From a virus (taxonomy: Duplodnaviria; Caudoviricetes): 53,938 nucleotides of DNA. This document shows positions 1 through 8,804 of this stretch, one piece after another. Where the stretch lies: the IMG/VR virus record IMGVR_UViG_3300009514_000034, positions 1 through 53,938 of that record; one strand, given 5' to 3'. How positions within the stretch are numbered: the stretch's first letter is position 1; each line of letters begins with the position of its first letter. A model generated the notes under the pieces. The model had not been told where the DNA came from, ran no database searches, and saw only the letters and a list, made by a program, of their open reading frames with translations. The position numbers were made by a program, and so were the translations under genes.

Positions 1-105
1 TTTATTTTTATTTTTTAAATATTTTTTAATTAAAAAAAGAATAAACTATTCAATATTAACTATGCATGTTAAACAAATATATTTTTATAGATACGGGAAA
101 AACTA

Positions 106-2361
106 ATGAGTCATTTTGACGGAAATTTCGAAAAAGATTTAAAATCTATTATTAAACAAGCCAAGGACGGGAAATTTTACAAAATTTTCACTGAACATGG
201 GTTTTACGATGTAAATGATGAACATAATGGGTTAACAGCAGAACAGCGTGAATCAGTAGACCCAGCATTAAGAGACCATTACTCCCGCATGGCAGATGCA
301 ATTGCTGAAATGATAAATTTCATATTGGGGGGAAAAGAGGGAATGCTCACGAATACTGCTCAGGAAATTGATAATAACTTAGATACAGCCGTCCAAATGT
401 CTAATTCCCAGTTAGATGCCATTAATAATGGCTTAAAGGCAGCAGCAAGCACCGGAGTATTGGCCCCACTTGGAACCGTTTCTGCTGGAATGGAAGCCAC
501 AAAATCTCTGATGGGAGCAGTATTAGGAAAGTCGTATTACAATGTTAACATATTACCCCAGATTACATTCGGTCTGGATGGATTCGGGAAACTGGGGGAT
601 TTGGGTAATATATTGAAACCCGGACAACTCAGGCCGAACTGGAACTTCCTCTATGACAACGAAAAAGTCAAAAGTGAAACGTTTTTCGTAAATGACAATG
701 GAAATCTGAAAATAGGCGCAAATATCGATGTTACTGAGCTAAATGAACTACAACTTAAGAAAATATTCGGTGTCGTATCCGCAGACAAAGACTTAAATCC
801 TATAGGTGACATCAAGGGAGGAGTCAGTCAACAAGAATTCAGTATTATCAGAAAAGCTTCTGACAATCCTACTGGTAATGGAATAGTCATATCTACCGGG
901 GAAGACTGGGAAATAACCGATTCTGAGGTAAAAAATTTCAACCTGAATGAAGCCCAAATGAGGGCTTCCTTTAATCAATATGCCGAAATGAAATTATGGA
1001 ATGTTATTAAGAATCCCAGTAACTGGGCGCATGGACACTGGGGATCGCTAACCCATAATGCCATGCCTGAATATGTAAAGACTGCGGTAACAAGTTTTAT
1101 CTGGACTAATGGCATGGCCCTAGAGCGGGGGAAATCCGATGACGCAGCCCTTATCAGTTATTTAACAACAATAGGATTGTTCTATTTAATAGGCTATCAA
1201 TATCCTGTAAAAATATTCGGATTCGAAGGAGATGAAAATTTAGGATTTATCGGAGACCAAATTGTATCTGGCGATGGTGTAGAAGATATTGTAGGGGATA
1301 CCACAGCAGAAGAAGGTCTTCCCAAAAATGAAAAAATAGCAAAACGATACTTTATATGGGTAGCAGATATATTAAGCAGACTAACATATAATGCTCTCCC
1401 GGTAGAATTAGCCAATAGTCTGAGGATGAGAAGGGTTGCCGAAGCTAATTTAATATACTCGGGGACGGGATTACCAGTATTGCCTTACGGTATTTCCATA
1501 GCCAATCTTCCCTTTGAGCATACCATCGAAGGATGGAAGCAAAGAAAAACAGATACGCTGTTTGAAAAAATGGCTGGTAGTTTCTTCAGGTATAAAAATG
1601 AAGGTGCTCCGGGCGGAGATCCAGATTTGAGTCAGTCAATATCTGATGCCAAGTTAATTTATGGCCCAAGGGCTTTAAGGGCTGATGATGCTGGCTTTGA
1701 TATTCCCATATCAGAGACAGAAGATTACGTCAAAAGTCTCATGGATGAAAGTGGTGTGGATAGTATCGTAATCAGTAGTACCTCAAGAGATAAGGAAAAT
1801 CAGGCTAGGATCATGTTCAATAACATACAAAGGGGCAATGACCCCGGATATAGACAGCCGGGGGCTTCTGTACTTGCTGTTTACTTCAAGGAAAAAGAAG
1901 CGAGAAATATTCCCAGAGATACTCCTGTAACAGATCCCAATGATATTACCGAAATTAAAGCTGCGATGGTAAGAGAAATTGATAAATGGGGCGAAATAAA
2001 TGTATCCCGTCACTGTGCATCGGTTGAAGAATTAAGGGTTTTTGATTTAAAATCCAGCACCATAAAAAACAAGGAAGGAAGTTTTGACCCAAGGGTTAAA
2101 ACCAAATTTAAAAACATACTGGAGAGAGAAGTTAAAGAAGGTAGGATAGATAAATTTCTTCATCCCGGAAACAGTAAAGATACGGCCTTTCACATAGAAG
2201 TTCCTGCAAGGGCATTTACCACTTCTCCAAACAATGCACTCCCCGATCAGTTATTCTCGTTTAACAATATTAACTTTTTGCGTGGGGAAGAATCATGGAT
2301 TGCTCCTTTGTCAAACGATTTCTTATTCGTCAACCAGAAAACAGAAGAAGGAGAAGATTAA
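106..2361 (+). CDS. Putative virion-associated murein hydrolase (lysozyme-like region plus C-terminal M15-type peptidase)
   Basis: 751 aa. NLKIGANID and LRMRRVAEANLIY resemble phage lysozyme/pesticin motifs. The C-terminus has ISSTSR...SRHC...VFDL...AFHIEV, the H/D/H pattern of M15 zinc peptidases. Confidence 0.55.
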   Translation: MSHFDGNFEKDLKSIIKQAKDGKFYKIFTEHGFYDVNDEHNGLTAEQRESVDPALRDHYSRMADAIAEMINFILGGKEGMLTNTAQEIDNNLDTAVQMSNSQLDAINNGLKAAASTGVLAPLGTVSAGMEATKSLMGAVLGKSYYNVNILPQITFGLDGFGKLGDLGNILKPGQLRPNWNFLYDNEKVKSETFFVNDNGNLKIGANIDVTELNELQLKKIFGVVSADKDLNPIGDIKGGVSQQEFSIIRKASDNPTGNGIVISTGEDWEITDSEVKNFNLNEAQMRASFNQYAEMKLWNVIKNPSNWAHGHWGSLTHNAMPEYVKTAVTSFIWTNGMALERGKSDDAALISYLTTIGLFYLIGYQYPVKIFGFEGDENLGFIGDQIVSGDGVEDIVGDTTAEEGLPKNEKIAKRYFIWVADILSRLTYNALPVELANSLRMRRVAEANLIYSGTGLPVLPYGISIANLPFEHTIEGWKQRKTDTLFEKMAGSFFRYKNEGAPGGDPDLSQSISDAKLIYGPRALRADDAGFDIPISETEDYVKSLMDESGVDSIVISSTSRDKENQARIMFNNIQRGNDPGYRQPGASVLAVYFKEKEARNIPRDTPVTDPNDITEIKAAMVREIDKWGEINVSRHCASVEELRVFDLKSSTIKNKEGSFDPRVKTKFKNILEREVKEGRIDKFLHPGNSKDTAFHIEVPARAFTTSPNNALPDQLFSFNNINFLRGEESWIAPLSNDFLFVNQKTEEGED

Positions 2362-2362
2362 G

Positions 2363-2370
2363 TATAAACT
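2363..2370 (+). promoter_or_regulatory. Putative late promoter TATAAACT
   Basis: Recurrent motif just upstream of the ATG at 2377; similar to the T4 late promoter TATAAATA. Confidence 0.6.
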
Positions 2371-2376
2371 TAAGTT

Positions 2377-3156
2377 ATGAAATACAAATCATTTGAAGAA
2401 CAAAAGAAAATCTTTGATAATCTATTAGTCCATTATTTTGCTAAAAGAGTATTTGATGATGTTGCGGAGTCAGATTCCACTATGGAAGATATAACGGATT
2501 CTGTAGGCAATATAGTTAATCCACCAACCAATAAAAATGAATGGGCATTTACTCATTTTGATAAATTGATATTGGCACTGAAAAATTCTCTCGGCACAAA
2601 ATATTTACAGAATCTTTTGGATCATTACAGGTGGATTAAAGATATTGATCCCCTATTTATAATGAACATGAAAAAGGATACCGATTTATCAAATGTAAGA
2701 AAACATCTGGGGATGATAGTTACCAAGATGGAAGACTCTTCATACCTTCCTTCTGATGTTGAACACAGTGCAGAGCACATAGAATATGAAAGCGAAAATA
2801 AAAACGAACGGGAAAGTTTTTGTGATAAGGTATCCAAGGCACTTACAATGGCCACCTTTCTTCTTTACTCATACCGAAATGACAGGGTTCCGACTGGAAT
2901 AGATTTCGATAAGAATATCTGTCCATCAGTTGAAATTACCTTTAACATAAGATGTTTCGGAAATTATGAACAGTGTAAGAAACATTGTACCGAGTATCGA
3001 TTGATTGATGATAGTGGAATAACACCCGAAGGTGTCAGGAAAATGAAATCTATTGCAGAATGTGCGTATGATGCTAACATTCTTTCAGAAAATACCAATA
3101 GGGTAGAAAATCAATCACATAACTGGGAAAAGCTGGCGAAATTAAGAAGATCATAA
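2377..3156 (+). CDS. Hypothetical T4-like phage protein
   Basis: 259-aa ORF behind a late motif. The N-terminal DSVGNIV...AFTHFDKLILALK resembles a conserved T4-like hypothetical family (by eye). Confidence 0.6.
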   Translation: MKYKSFEEQKKIFDNLLVHYFAKRVFDDVAESDSTMEDITDSVGNIVNPPTNKNEWAFTHFDKLILALKNSLGTKYLQNLLDHYRWIKDIDPLFIMNMKKDTDLSNVRKHLGMIVTKMEDSSYLPSDVEHSAEHIEYESENKNERESFCDKVSKALTMATFLLYSYRNDRVPTGIDFDKNICPSVEITFNIRCFGNYEQCKKHCTEYRLIDDSGITPEGVRKMKSIAECAYDANILSENTNRVENQSHNWEKLAKLRRS

Positions 3157-3157
3157 C

Positions 3158-3388
3158 ATGACAGAAAATAGTATAGGAGATTTCAATTATAACGGAATAC
3201 CCATATTCAAAGTGGATTTTTCGGACTTTTCCTATATAATTAACTGTTTTGAGAACGATAATAGAATTTTAAGTAGAAACATCAATCATCACGAACTTCA
3301 GGAACAATATAAAAAATCAAAATCAAAAGCATTCGGCATATTTTATGAGGGAGTTATTATTGATTTTAGAGACTTAAAAAAAGATTAA
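3158..3388 (+). CDS. Hypothetical protein
   Basis: 76-aa ORF tightly coupled to the upstream gene. Confidence 0.6.
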   Translation: MTENSIGDFNYNGIPIFKVDFSDFSYIINCFENDNRILSRNINHHELQEQYKKSKSKAFGIFYEGVIIDFRDLKKD

Positions 3389-3434
3389 ATTGAGTAAATA
3401 TTGACTAAAATACATACATCAGATAATTTTTATG

Positions 3435-3442
3435 TATAAACT
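3435..3442 (+). promoter_or_regulatory. Putative late promoter TATAAACT
   Basis: Motif just upstream of the portal ATG. Confidence 0.65.
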
Positions 3443-3450
3443 AATAAAAA

Positions 3451-5085
3451 ATGTTAATTAAACCACCGAAACAACAAGAAACCATATCTAGTAGGGTATT
3501 AACCCGTGCCAGAGACTATGGGTTAGCAAACCCTAAAGGTGGGACCTTTGATAGATTATTCAACAGATTCAGGACAGACAGGGAAGTTGATGTATCTAAA
3601 AACTTAATTGGTCAGGGAAGAAAACAACTTTCATACCCTAACGGGATGACCCCGGACGGTTTCAGTGCATTTTCCCCCACGTTGGGAGTAAATGTTGCCA
3701 ACGCAGATCCAAAAAGAATATTTGACACCACCGCAGAAAATCAGGTACATTTATTCTGGAAAAAGAACAGGGAAAGACATTTAAAATACTACAGGGTTGC
3801 GGGTCGTGCGGAGGTACGTGAAGCCTTAAGTAACATATGTGATGAAAGCATATACCCAGATGATTTAGGGGAAATATGTTCCCTTAAAATAGATGCCGAT
3901 GCTGATATCGGTGATGCCGTACAGGAAAAACTACACAGAATATTCAGAAGAGAAATACTTAAGAGAATTATGAACTTCTATAAAGAAGGGTGGGAACTTA
4001 TGAGAACCCTTTTAATAGAAGGAAGATTGTTCTTGGAAGTTGTGTATGATGAAACTAAAAATGAAATTATTGCTGTAAACTTACTTCCCTCCCAGAATAT
4101 TATCATTATCATTCAAGATGGTATCATTCTGGGGTATCGCCAGATGCTTGAGGGGGTATATACTTCCGCCGGAAATACGGGCGGGAAGAATTACGTAGAT
4201 TTTTCTCCCAACCAAATACTTTATGTCGATTTGTCAATGTATGGACCCGGAGGTATTAATGACCCCCGTTCTCCCTTAGAACCTGCCATCAAGCCTTTTA
4301 ACCAGTTAAATGCAATCGAAGACTCTATCACCATGTACAGGATACAGTGGGGATCTGAGAAACTGATATTTAAGATTGATACGGGTATGATGCCTAAACC
4401 TAAAGCTGAAAAGCACATGAAGGATCAGGCAAAACTTCTCTCCAGACGAATTGACTACAATACAGGCACGGGTGAGGTAACAAACTTCGGGCGTGTTATC
4501 GGTCTAGGTGAGCATTTTTTCATATCTACCAGTAATCATACTGCCGGTTCTGAAATTACCAGACTGGACAGTGGTGATAACATATCAAAAATCGAAGATT
4601 TAAAATACTTCAAACGAAACCTTGTTAACTCAATGATGGTTCCTCCCGGACGTGTTACTGCACTGGCCGGAGACGGTGAAAGTTATTCCAACGGTAAAAT
4701 TGGTGAAGTAACCCAAGCAGAGGTTGCTTTTGCTAGAATGGTGCAAAGATACCAGCAACCTATGGATACACTTCTGAGCAGATTGTTCGTAATGGTTTTA
4801 AATACTCACCCAGATATATCCGATGATATAAAAATAGAAGAAAATTTTGGTGTTTTATTTAATAAGGCTAACGAATTCCAGAATTACATGGATGCGGAAA
4901 TTCTAAACACGAATTTAGATACATTCGATAAAATTATGAAATATGTTAAAACAAGCGAAAATCCAGAAGGAATACTTGCCCAGCGTTTTGCATTAACTAA
5001 AGGTTTAAAATTTTCAGATGAAGACAGAATCAGGAATGCCGAGTGGCGTAAACAGGAAGAGCAGGAAGCTGAAGAAGCTGAATAA
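3451..5085 (+). CDS. gp20: Portal vertex protein (T4 gp20-like)
   Basis: Motifs LEPAIKPFNQLNAIEDSITMYRI, IFKIDTGMMPKPKAE and IEDLKYFKRNL are typical of gp20; first gene of the head module. Confidence 0.92.
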   Translation: MLIKPPKQQETISSRVLTRARDYGLANPKGGTFDRLFNRFRTDREVDVSKNLIGQGRKQLSYPNGMTPDGFSAFSPTLGVNVANADPKRIFDTTAENQVHLFWKKNRERHLKYYRVAGRAEVREALSNICDESIYPDDLGEICSLKIDADADIGDAVQEKLHRIFRREILKRIMNFYKEGWELMRTLLIEGRLFLEVVYDETKNEIIAVNLLPSQNIIIIIQDGIILGYRQMLEGVYTSAGNTGGKNYVDFSPNQILYVDLSMYGPGGINDPRSPLEPAIKPFNQLNAIEDSITMYRIQWGSEKLIFKIDTGMMPKPKAEKHMKDQAKLLSRRIDYNTGTGEVTNFGRVIGLGEHFFISTSNHTAGSEITRLDSGDNISKIEDLKYFKRNLVNSMMVPPGRVTALAGDGESYSNGKIGEVTQAEVAFARMVQRYQQPMDTLLSRLFVMVLNTHPDISDDIKIEENFGVLFNKANEFQNYMDAEILNTNLDTFDKIMKYVKTSENPEGILAQRFALTKGLKFSDEDRIRNAEWRKQEEQEAEEAE

Positions 5086-5116
5086 TAAATCAGTTATATA
5101 TAAACTAATATAAAGA

Positions 5117-5293
5117 ATGAATAGGAACACAGAAAAAAAGATGAAATCATTAATTAGCGGTTTAATTGTCAATGATGACGGAAAAATTAAACAACTTGTT
5201 AATGAATTATCTGAAGCTATAATATCCGATAAAGAGGGATATATTATGGAAAGTATTTCTGATAGTTTTAAGGGAAGCGATAATGAAATCTAA
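5117..5293 (+). CDS. Small prohead-core candidate (gp67/gp68 position), absent from the ORF track
   Basis: 58-aa ORF MNRNTEKKMKSLISG...DNEI between portal and protease, preceded by TATAAACT at 5099-5106. An alternative start lies at 5141. Confidence 0.6.
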   Translation: MNRNTEKKMKSLISGLIVNDDGKIKQLVNELSEAIISDKEGYIMESISDSFKGSDNEI

Positions 5294-6047
5294 TAAAGAA
5301 ATGCCTAAAAATATTTTAAAAGAAAATACGTTAAATACTGATATTGTTCTAAAGCCTTTTTATGAATCCAGTTATAATCTTGAAGGTAAAAAGGTAAAGA
5401 GGTTAAAACTTCAGGGAACAGCTATTGTATGTGATGTTCCGGGAATTAATGGAAGATCTTATCCTAAATCTATTCTAGGGCCGGAAGTAAACAGGTTTGT
5501 AGAAAAGATGATGAAAAGGGGTCGTGCTGCTGCTGAGTTAAATCACCCCAGACTTGATGAAAAGGGTGAGGGGAAAGACTACTCAGTATTTGAAATGAAT
5601 CTTTTCAAGACCTGCGCTGTTATTGAAGAACTTTATTTCAAGGGGAATGAGCTATTTTGTAAAATGAGAGTGGTCGAAGATCACGAAGCTGGGAAAGCAT
5701 TAAAGGCACTTATAGATGCTGGATATGTTCCCGGATTTTCTTTGCGTGGGGCTGGGTCTGTTATTGATAGTGGTGATGGCCATATGGTTATCGCTGATGA
5801 TTATCGTTTAATTACTATCGATGTTGTTGGAAATCCATCGTTTGATGAACAGGCACTTATTACTCCTGTATATGAAGCAATGAAGGGTAAAAAAGTTCAG
5901 GTATTAACTGAAGCCATTGATAATACCAGAAAAGAAATTTTACTGGAAGCTGCTATACATCAAAAAATAAAAACAGGGAGAAAACAATTTAATAGAAAAG
6001 CATTGGTTAATCTTTTGGAGAACATGAATAAACAAGCATTATTCTAA
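5283..6047 (+). CDS. gp21: Prohead core protease (T4 gp21-like)
   Basis: NGRSYP, AELNHP, GFSLRGAGS and ITIDVVGNPS match the gp21 His/Ser/Asp motifs. Confidence 0.92.
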   Translation: MKSNKEMPKNILKENTLNTDIVLKPFYESSYNLEGKKVKRLKLQGTAIVCDVPGINGRSYPKSILGPEVNRFVEKMMKRGRAAAELNHPRLDEKGEGKDYSVFEMNLFKTCAVIEELYFKGNELFCKMRVVEDHEAGKALKALIDAGYVPGFSLRGAGSVIDSGDGHMVIADDYRLITIDVVGNPSFDEQALITPVYEAMKGKKVQVLTEAIDNTRKEILLEAAIHQKIKTGRKQFNRKALVNLLENMNKQALF

Positions 6048-6058
6048 GAAGGTGTTAA

Positions 6059-6949
6059 ATGAGTATTGAAATAGAAAAAATATTAACAAAGGAACAATTA
6101 AAAAATCTTTCAAAAGATTCTATTAAATCTATTAATGAATCCTTAAATAAAGTATATAATGCAAAAGTAGAACAGTTGGATAAAGAAACTTCTGATAAAT
6201 TTAATTCTTTAGTTGAAGGAATGTCTAAAAAATTCGAAGAGGATGTAAATACTGCTATAGTAGAAAGTGTAAAAAGTAATGTAAAAGAAATTCAAACTGG
6301 GAAGTTTTATAATATTATACAAGGCATGGTTAATCTTCTAGAGAATGCCGGAATTACTACCACCGAAAAAACAAAAGAATTGAGTGAAAAACTAGGAGAT
6401 GCTAATAAGAAACTGGAAGAAGCTTTCAAGGTAAGAGAAGAAATTAAAAACGAACTAGAAGAGTCTAATAAAGAAAATTACATATTGGCATCGCTTAAGG
6501 GGATGAAGCCTGAAGTTATTAATTCTGCTCTGGATTACTTCAAAGATAAAGACATGCTAGATGTTCAGGATGGATTACAGACATTTGTCGATGGTGATTT
6601 TTCTGATCTTGATTTAAGCTCGGAAGGTACGAAAGAATTAGTTGGAGAACTTGATTTAGAACAAGTTAATGATGCTCTGGATGAAATTGAAGTAGATAAA
6701 GCAGATAATGAGAAAAAGGTTTCTTTACATGAAAGCGCAGAGCAGAAGAAAACCAAAGCCACATTTGAAAGTCTGGGTAAAGGTTTGAGACAGCAAAGGG
6801 TAAGTAAATCCCCTAATGTTACTAATGACCAGTTAAAAGAATCCGAAACTATCATGGAAAATGAAGAGGGTGGCGATGTTGAATCAGACACCAAGGAAGC
6901 TATGGATAAAATTGATAAGTTCAGCGACTTGGGATACAATTTCAAATAA
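6059..6949 (+). CDS. gp22: Prohead scaffold protein (T4 gp22-like)
   Basis: Acidic, coiled-coil-like 296-aa ORF between protease and capsid, with many hydrophobic-x-E-S sites. Confidence 0.75.
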   Translation: MSIEIEKILTKEQLKNLSKDSIKSINESLNKVYNAKVEQLDKETSDKFNSLVEGMSKKFEEDVNTAIVESVKSNVKEIQTGKFYNIIQGMVNLLENAGITTTEKTKELSEKLGDANKKLEEAFKVREEIKNELEESNKENYILASLKGMKPEVINSALDYFKDKDMLDVQDGLQTFVDGDFSDLDLSSEGTKELVGELDLEQVNDALDEIEVDKADNEKKVSLHESAEQKKTKATFESLGKGLRQQRVSKSPNVTNDQLKESETIMENEEGGDVESDTKEAMDKIDKFSDLGYNFK

Positions 6950-7113
6950 TGACACCTGAACACAGAAAAGCATTGATCCAGAAATGGAAACCTGTTCTTG
7001 ATATCAATGAATCACGAAGTGATGAATATACAAGAGAAAATATGGCTATATTGCTAGAATCTCAATCCACTGTACAAAGACGATTCAAAGAAAATTCAAT
7101 TAAAAAATCCTAA
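6949..7113 (+). CDS. Mini-ORF paralogous to the major capsid N-terminus, absent from the ORF track
   Basis: 54 aa, MTPEHRKALIQKWKPVLD...MAILLESQ versus capsid SLIQKWAPVLE...MATLLENQ. TAATG overlap with the scaffold stop codon. Confidence 0.7.
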   Translation: MTPEHRKALIQKWKPVLDINESRSDEYTRENMAILLESQSTVQRRFKENSIKKS

Positions 7114-7200
7114 TTACATACTAATATAATCACCTTTTCCCGGTTTTTTACCGGGTTCATCGCCGTTTTCGCCTAAAAAATCAACGGGTTACAATGTTTC

Positions 7201-7208
7201 TATAAACA
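7201..7208 (+). promoter_or_regulatory. Putative late promoter TATAAACA of the major capsid gene
   Basis: Motif about 60 nt upstream of the ATG; a GAGG RBS lies at 7257-7260. Confidence 0.65.
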
Positions 7209-7269
7209 TTGGGAGTAATAAAGTCTTTAAGACTTGATTTTTATTGTAACTAACTAGAGGTATAAAACA

Positions 7270-8700
7270 ATGGTAAAAACAAAAAGTAAAAGCTTGATCC
7301 AGAAATGGGCACCTGTACTTGAGTCTGACATTGGTTCTCCTATCAAAAGCCAGAGCGAAGCATCTGTTATGGCCACTTTGCTAGAAAACCAAGTTAAACT
7401 TAACAAAGGTTTCCTTCCTGAATCAGCTAATGTGACAGGAGACGTTGAAGTTTACCAGCAATATGCGTTACCCCTCATTCGTAGGCAGTTCCCCGAACTT
7501 CTTGCAATGAACACGGTTGCTGTTATTCCTACAACCACTCCTCAAGGAATTTACTTTGCCCTCAGATATCTTTACGATGACACAACCAAGACTACAACTT
7601 TCCGTTCAGGACAGAAAGCTGAAATTGGTTTTGATTTGTTCAGAGATCATGCGGGTGATCAAGCCCCTCCTAACGGTACTCCTTGGAGCACTGCGGAAGG
7701 CGAATTCCTTTCTAACTATCAAGAAAACGCTGTGGATGCATCAGGTTCGCCTGCTAACTTCCAGCTTCATAATCAGGATACTACTGGTTATATTGGTGGT
7801 TACAAAATCAAAAGAGCGTCCATTAAAGTTATTAAAGGGTCAATTATTGTTGGTACTCGTGCCATCAAGTCTCATTACACCCTTGAACTTCAACAGGACT
7901 TGGCTGCTGTACATGGACAGGACATCGAAGCATTGCTTCTCGAAGCACTTCAGTTCGAAATCCAACAGGAAATTGACAGAGAAATTCTTCAGGCACTAAA
8001 ATTTGCTGCTGAAACAGCAGGTTTGGGTGGAGAAGTTATTGCTACCATCGATCTAGAACCTAAAAGTGCAACTGTACAAGCTGCTACTGATGGTCGTTGG
8101 GCTGCTGAAAGAATCGCAGGTGGTATCGTTAACACGATCCTTGCCGTCTCTCAGAAGATTGCAGTAACATCAAGAATGGGTTCAGGTAACTGGGCTATCT
8201 GTTCTCCTGATATTGTCGCAGCTCTTTCCACTATGAACAGTGGTATCTATATTCCTACATACTTGCAGACAAATGTAAACCAACAGCATGGTGGTGGCGT
8301 AGCCGAAGCCGGATCTTTGGTTGGTGGAAGCATTAAAGTATATCGTGACATCTACGCTGAAGAGTCTTATGCCCTTGTCGGGTACAAAGGTCCTCGTCAG
8401 GGTGAGTCTGGTATTATCTTTATGCCTTACATCCCTTACATTTTCACAAAAACTGCTGGTCAGGAAGATGGATCACCTCGATTGATTGTTAAATCTCGTT
8501 ATGCTATCGTAGCTAACTTGCTTGGTGCAGGTCAGTTCTACAGGCTCGTAAGATTTGATTCAATCAGTAGTGCGATTCTCGGTATCGATTCCAATGCTGA
8601 CACTGGGGATGACTATCCTTGGGAAGTTTCTGGAGCAACATACGATGCAGAGGAAAGTCTCGGTGGAGTTGGATCAGGGGATGGAGATACTTCAATATAA
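7270..8700 (+). CDS. gp23: Major capsid protein (T4 gp23-like)
   Basis: LIQKWAPVL, LPLIRR, YTLELQQDLAAVHG, EIDREI and VGYKG...IFMPYIP...SRYA are gp23 hallmarks. Confidence 0.95.
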   Translation: MVKTKSKSLIQKWAPVLESDIGSPIKSQSEASVMATLLENQVKLNKGFLPESANVTGDVEVYQQYALPLIRRQFPELLAMNTVAVIPTTTPQGIYFALRYLYDDTTKTTTFRSGQKAEIGFDLFRDHAGDQAPPNGTPWSTAEGEFLSNYQENAVDASGSPANFQLHNQDTTGYIGGYKIKRASIKVIKGSIIVGTRAIKSHYTLELQQDLAAVHGQDIEALLLEALQFEIQQEIDREILQALKFAAETAGLGGEVIATIDLEPKSATVQAATDGRWAAERIAGGIVNTILAVSQKIAVTSRMGSGNWAICSPDIVAALSTMNSGIYIPTYLQTNVNQQHGGGVAEAGSLVGGSIKVYRDIYAEESYALVGYKGPRQGESGIIFMPYIPYIFTKTAGQEDGSPRLIVKSRYAIVANLLGAGQFYRLVRFDSISSAILGIDSNADTGDDYPWEVSGATYDAEESLGGVGSGDGDTSI

Positions 8701-8730
8701 CCATCACCTTCCTATTTACAAGTATGAAAG

Positions 8731-8755
8731 AGCCTTGGGAAACCAAGGCTTTTTT
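8731..8755 (+). terminator. Rho-independent terminator after the capsid gene
   Basis: AGCCTTGG-GAAA-CCAAGGCT followed by a T run. Confidence 0.85.
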
Positions 8756-8804
8756 ATTGCTATTTTTTTCAGTTTTATTTATATTTAATTAAAATTCTAT
8801 CGAA

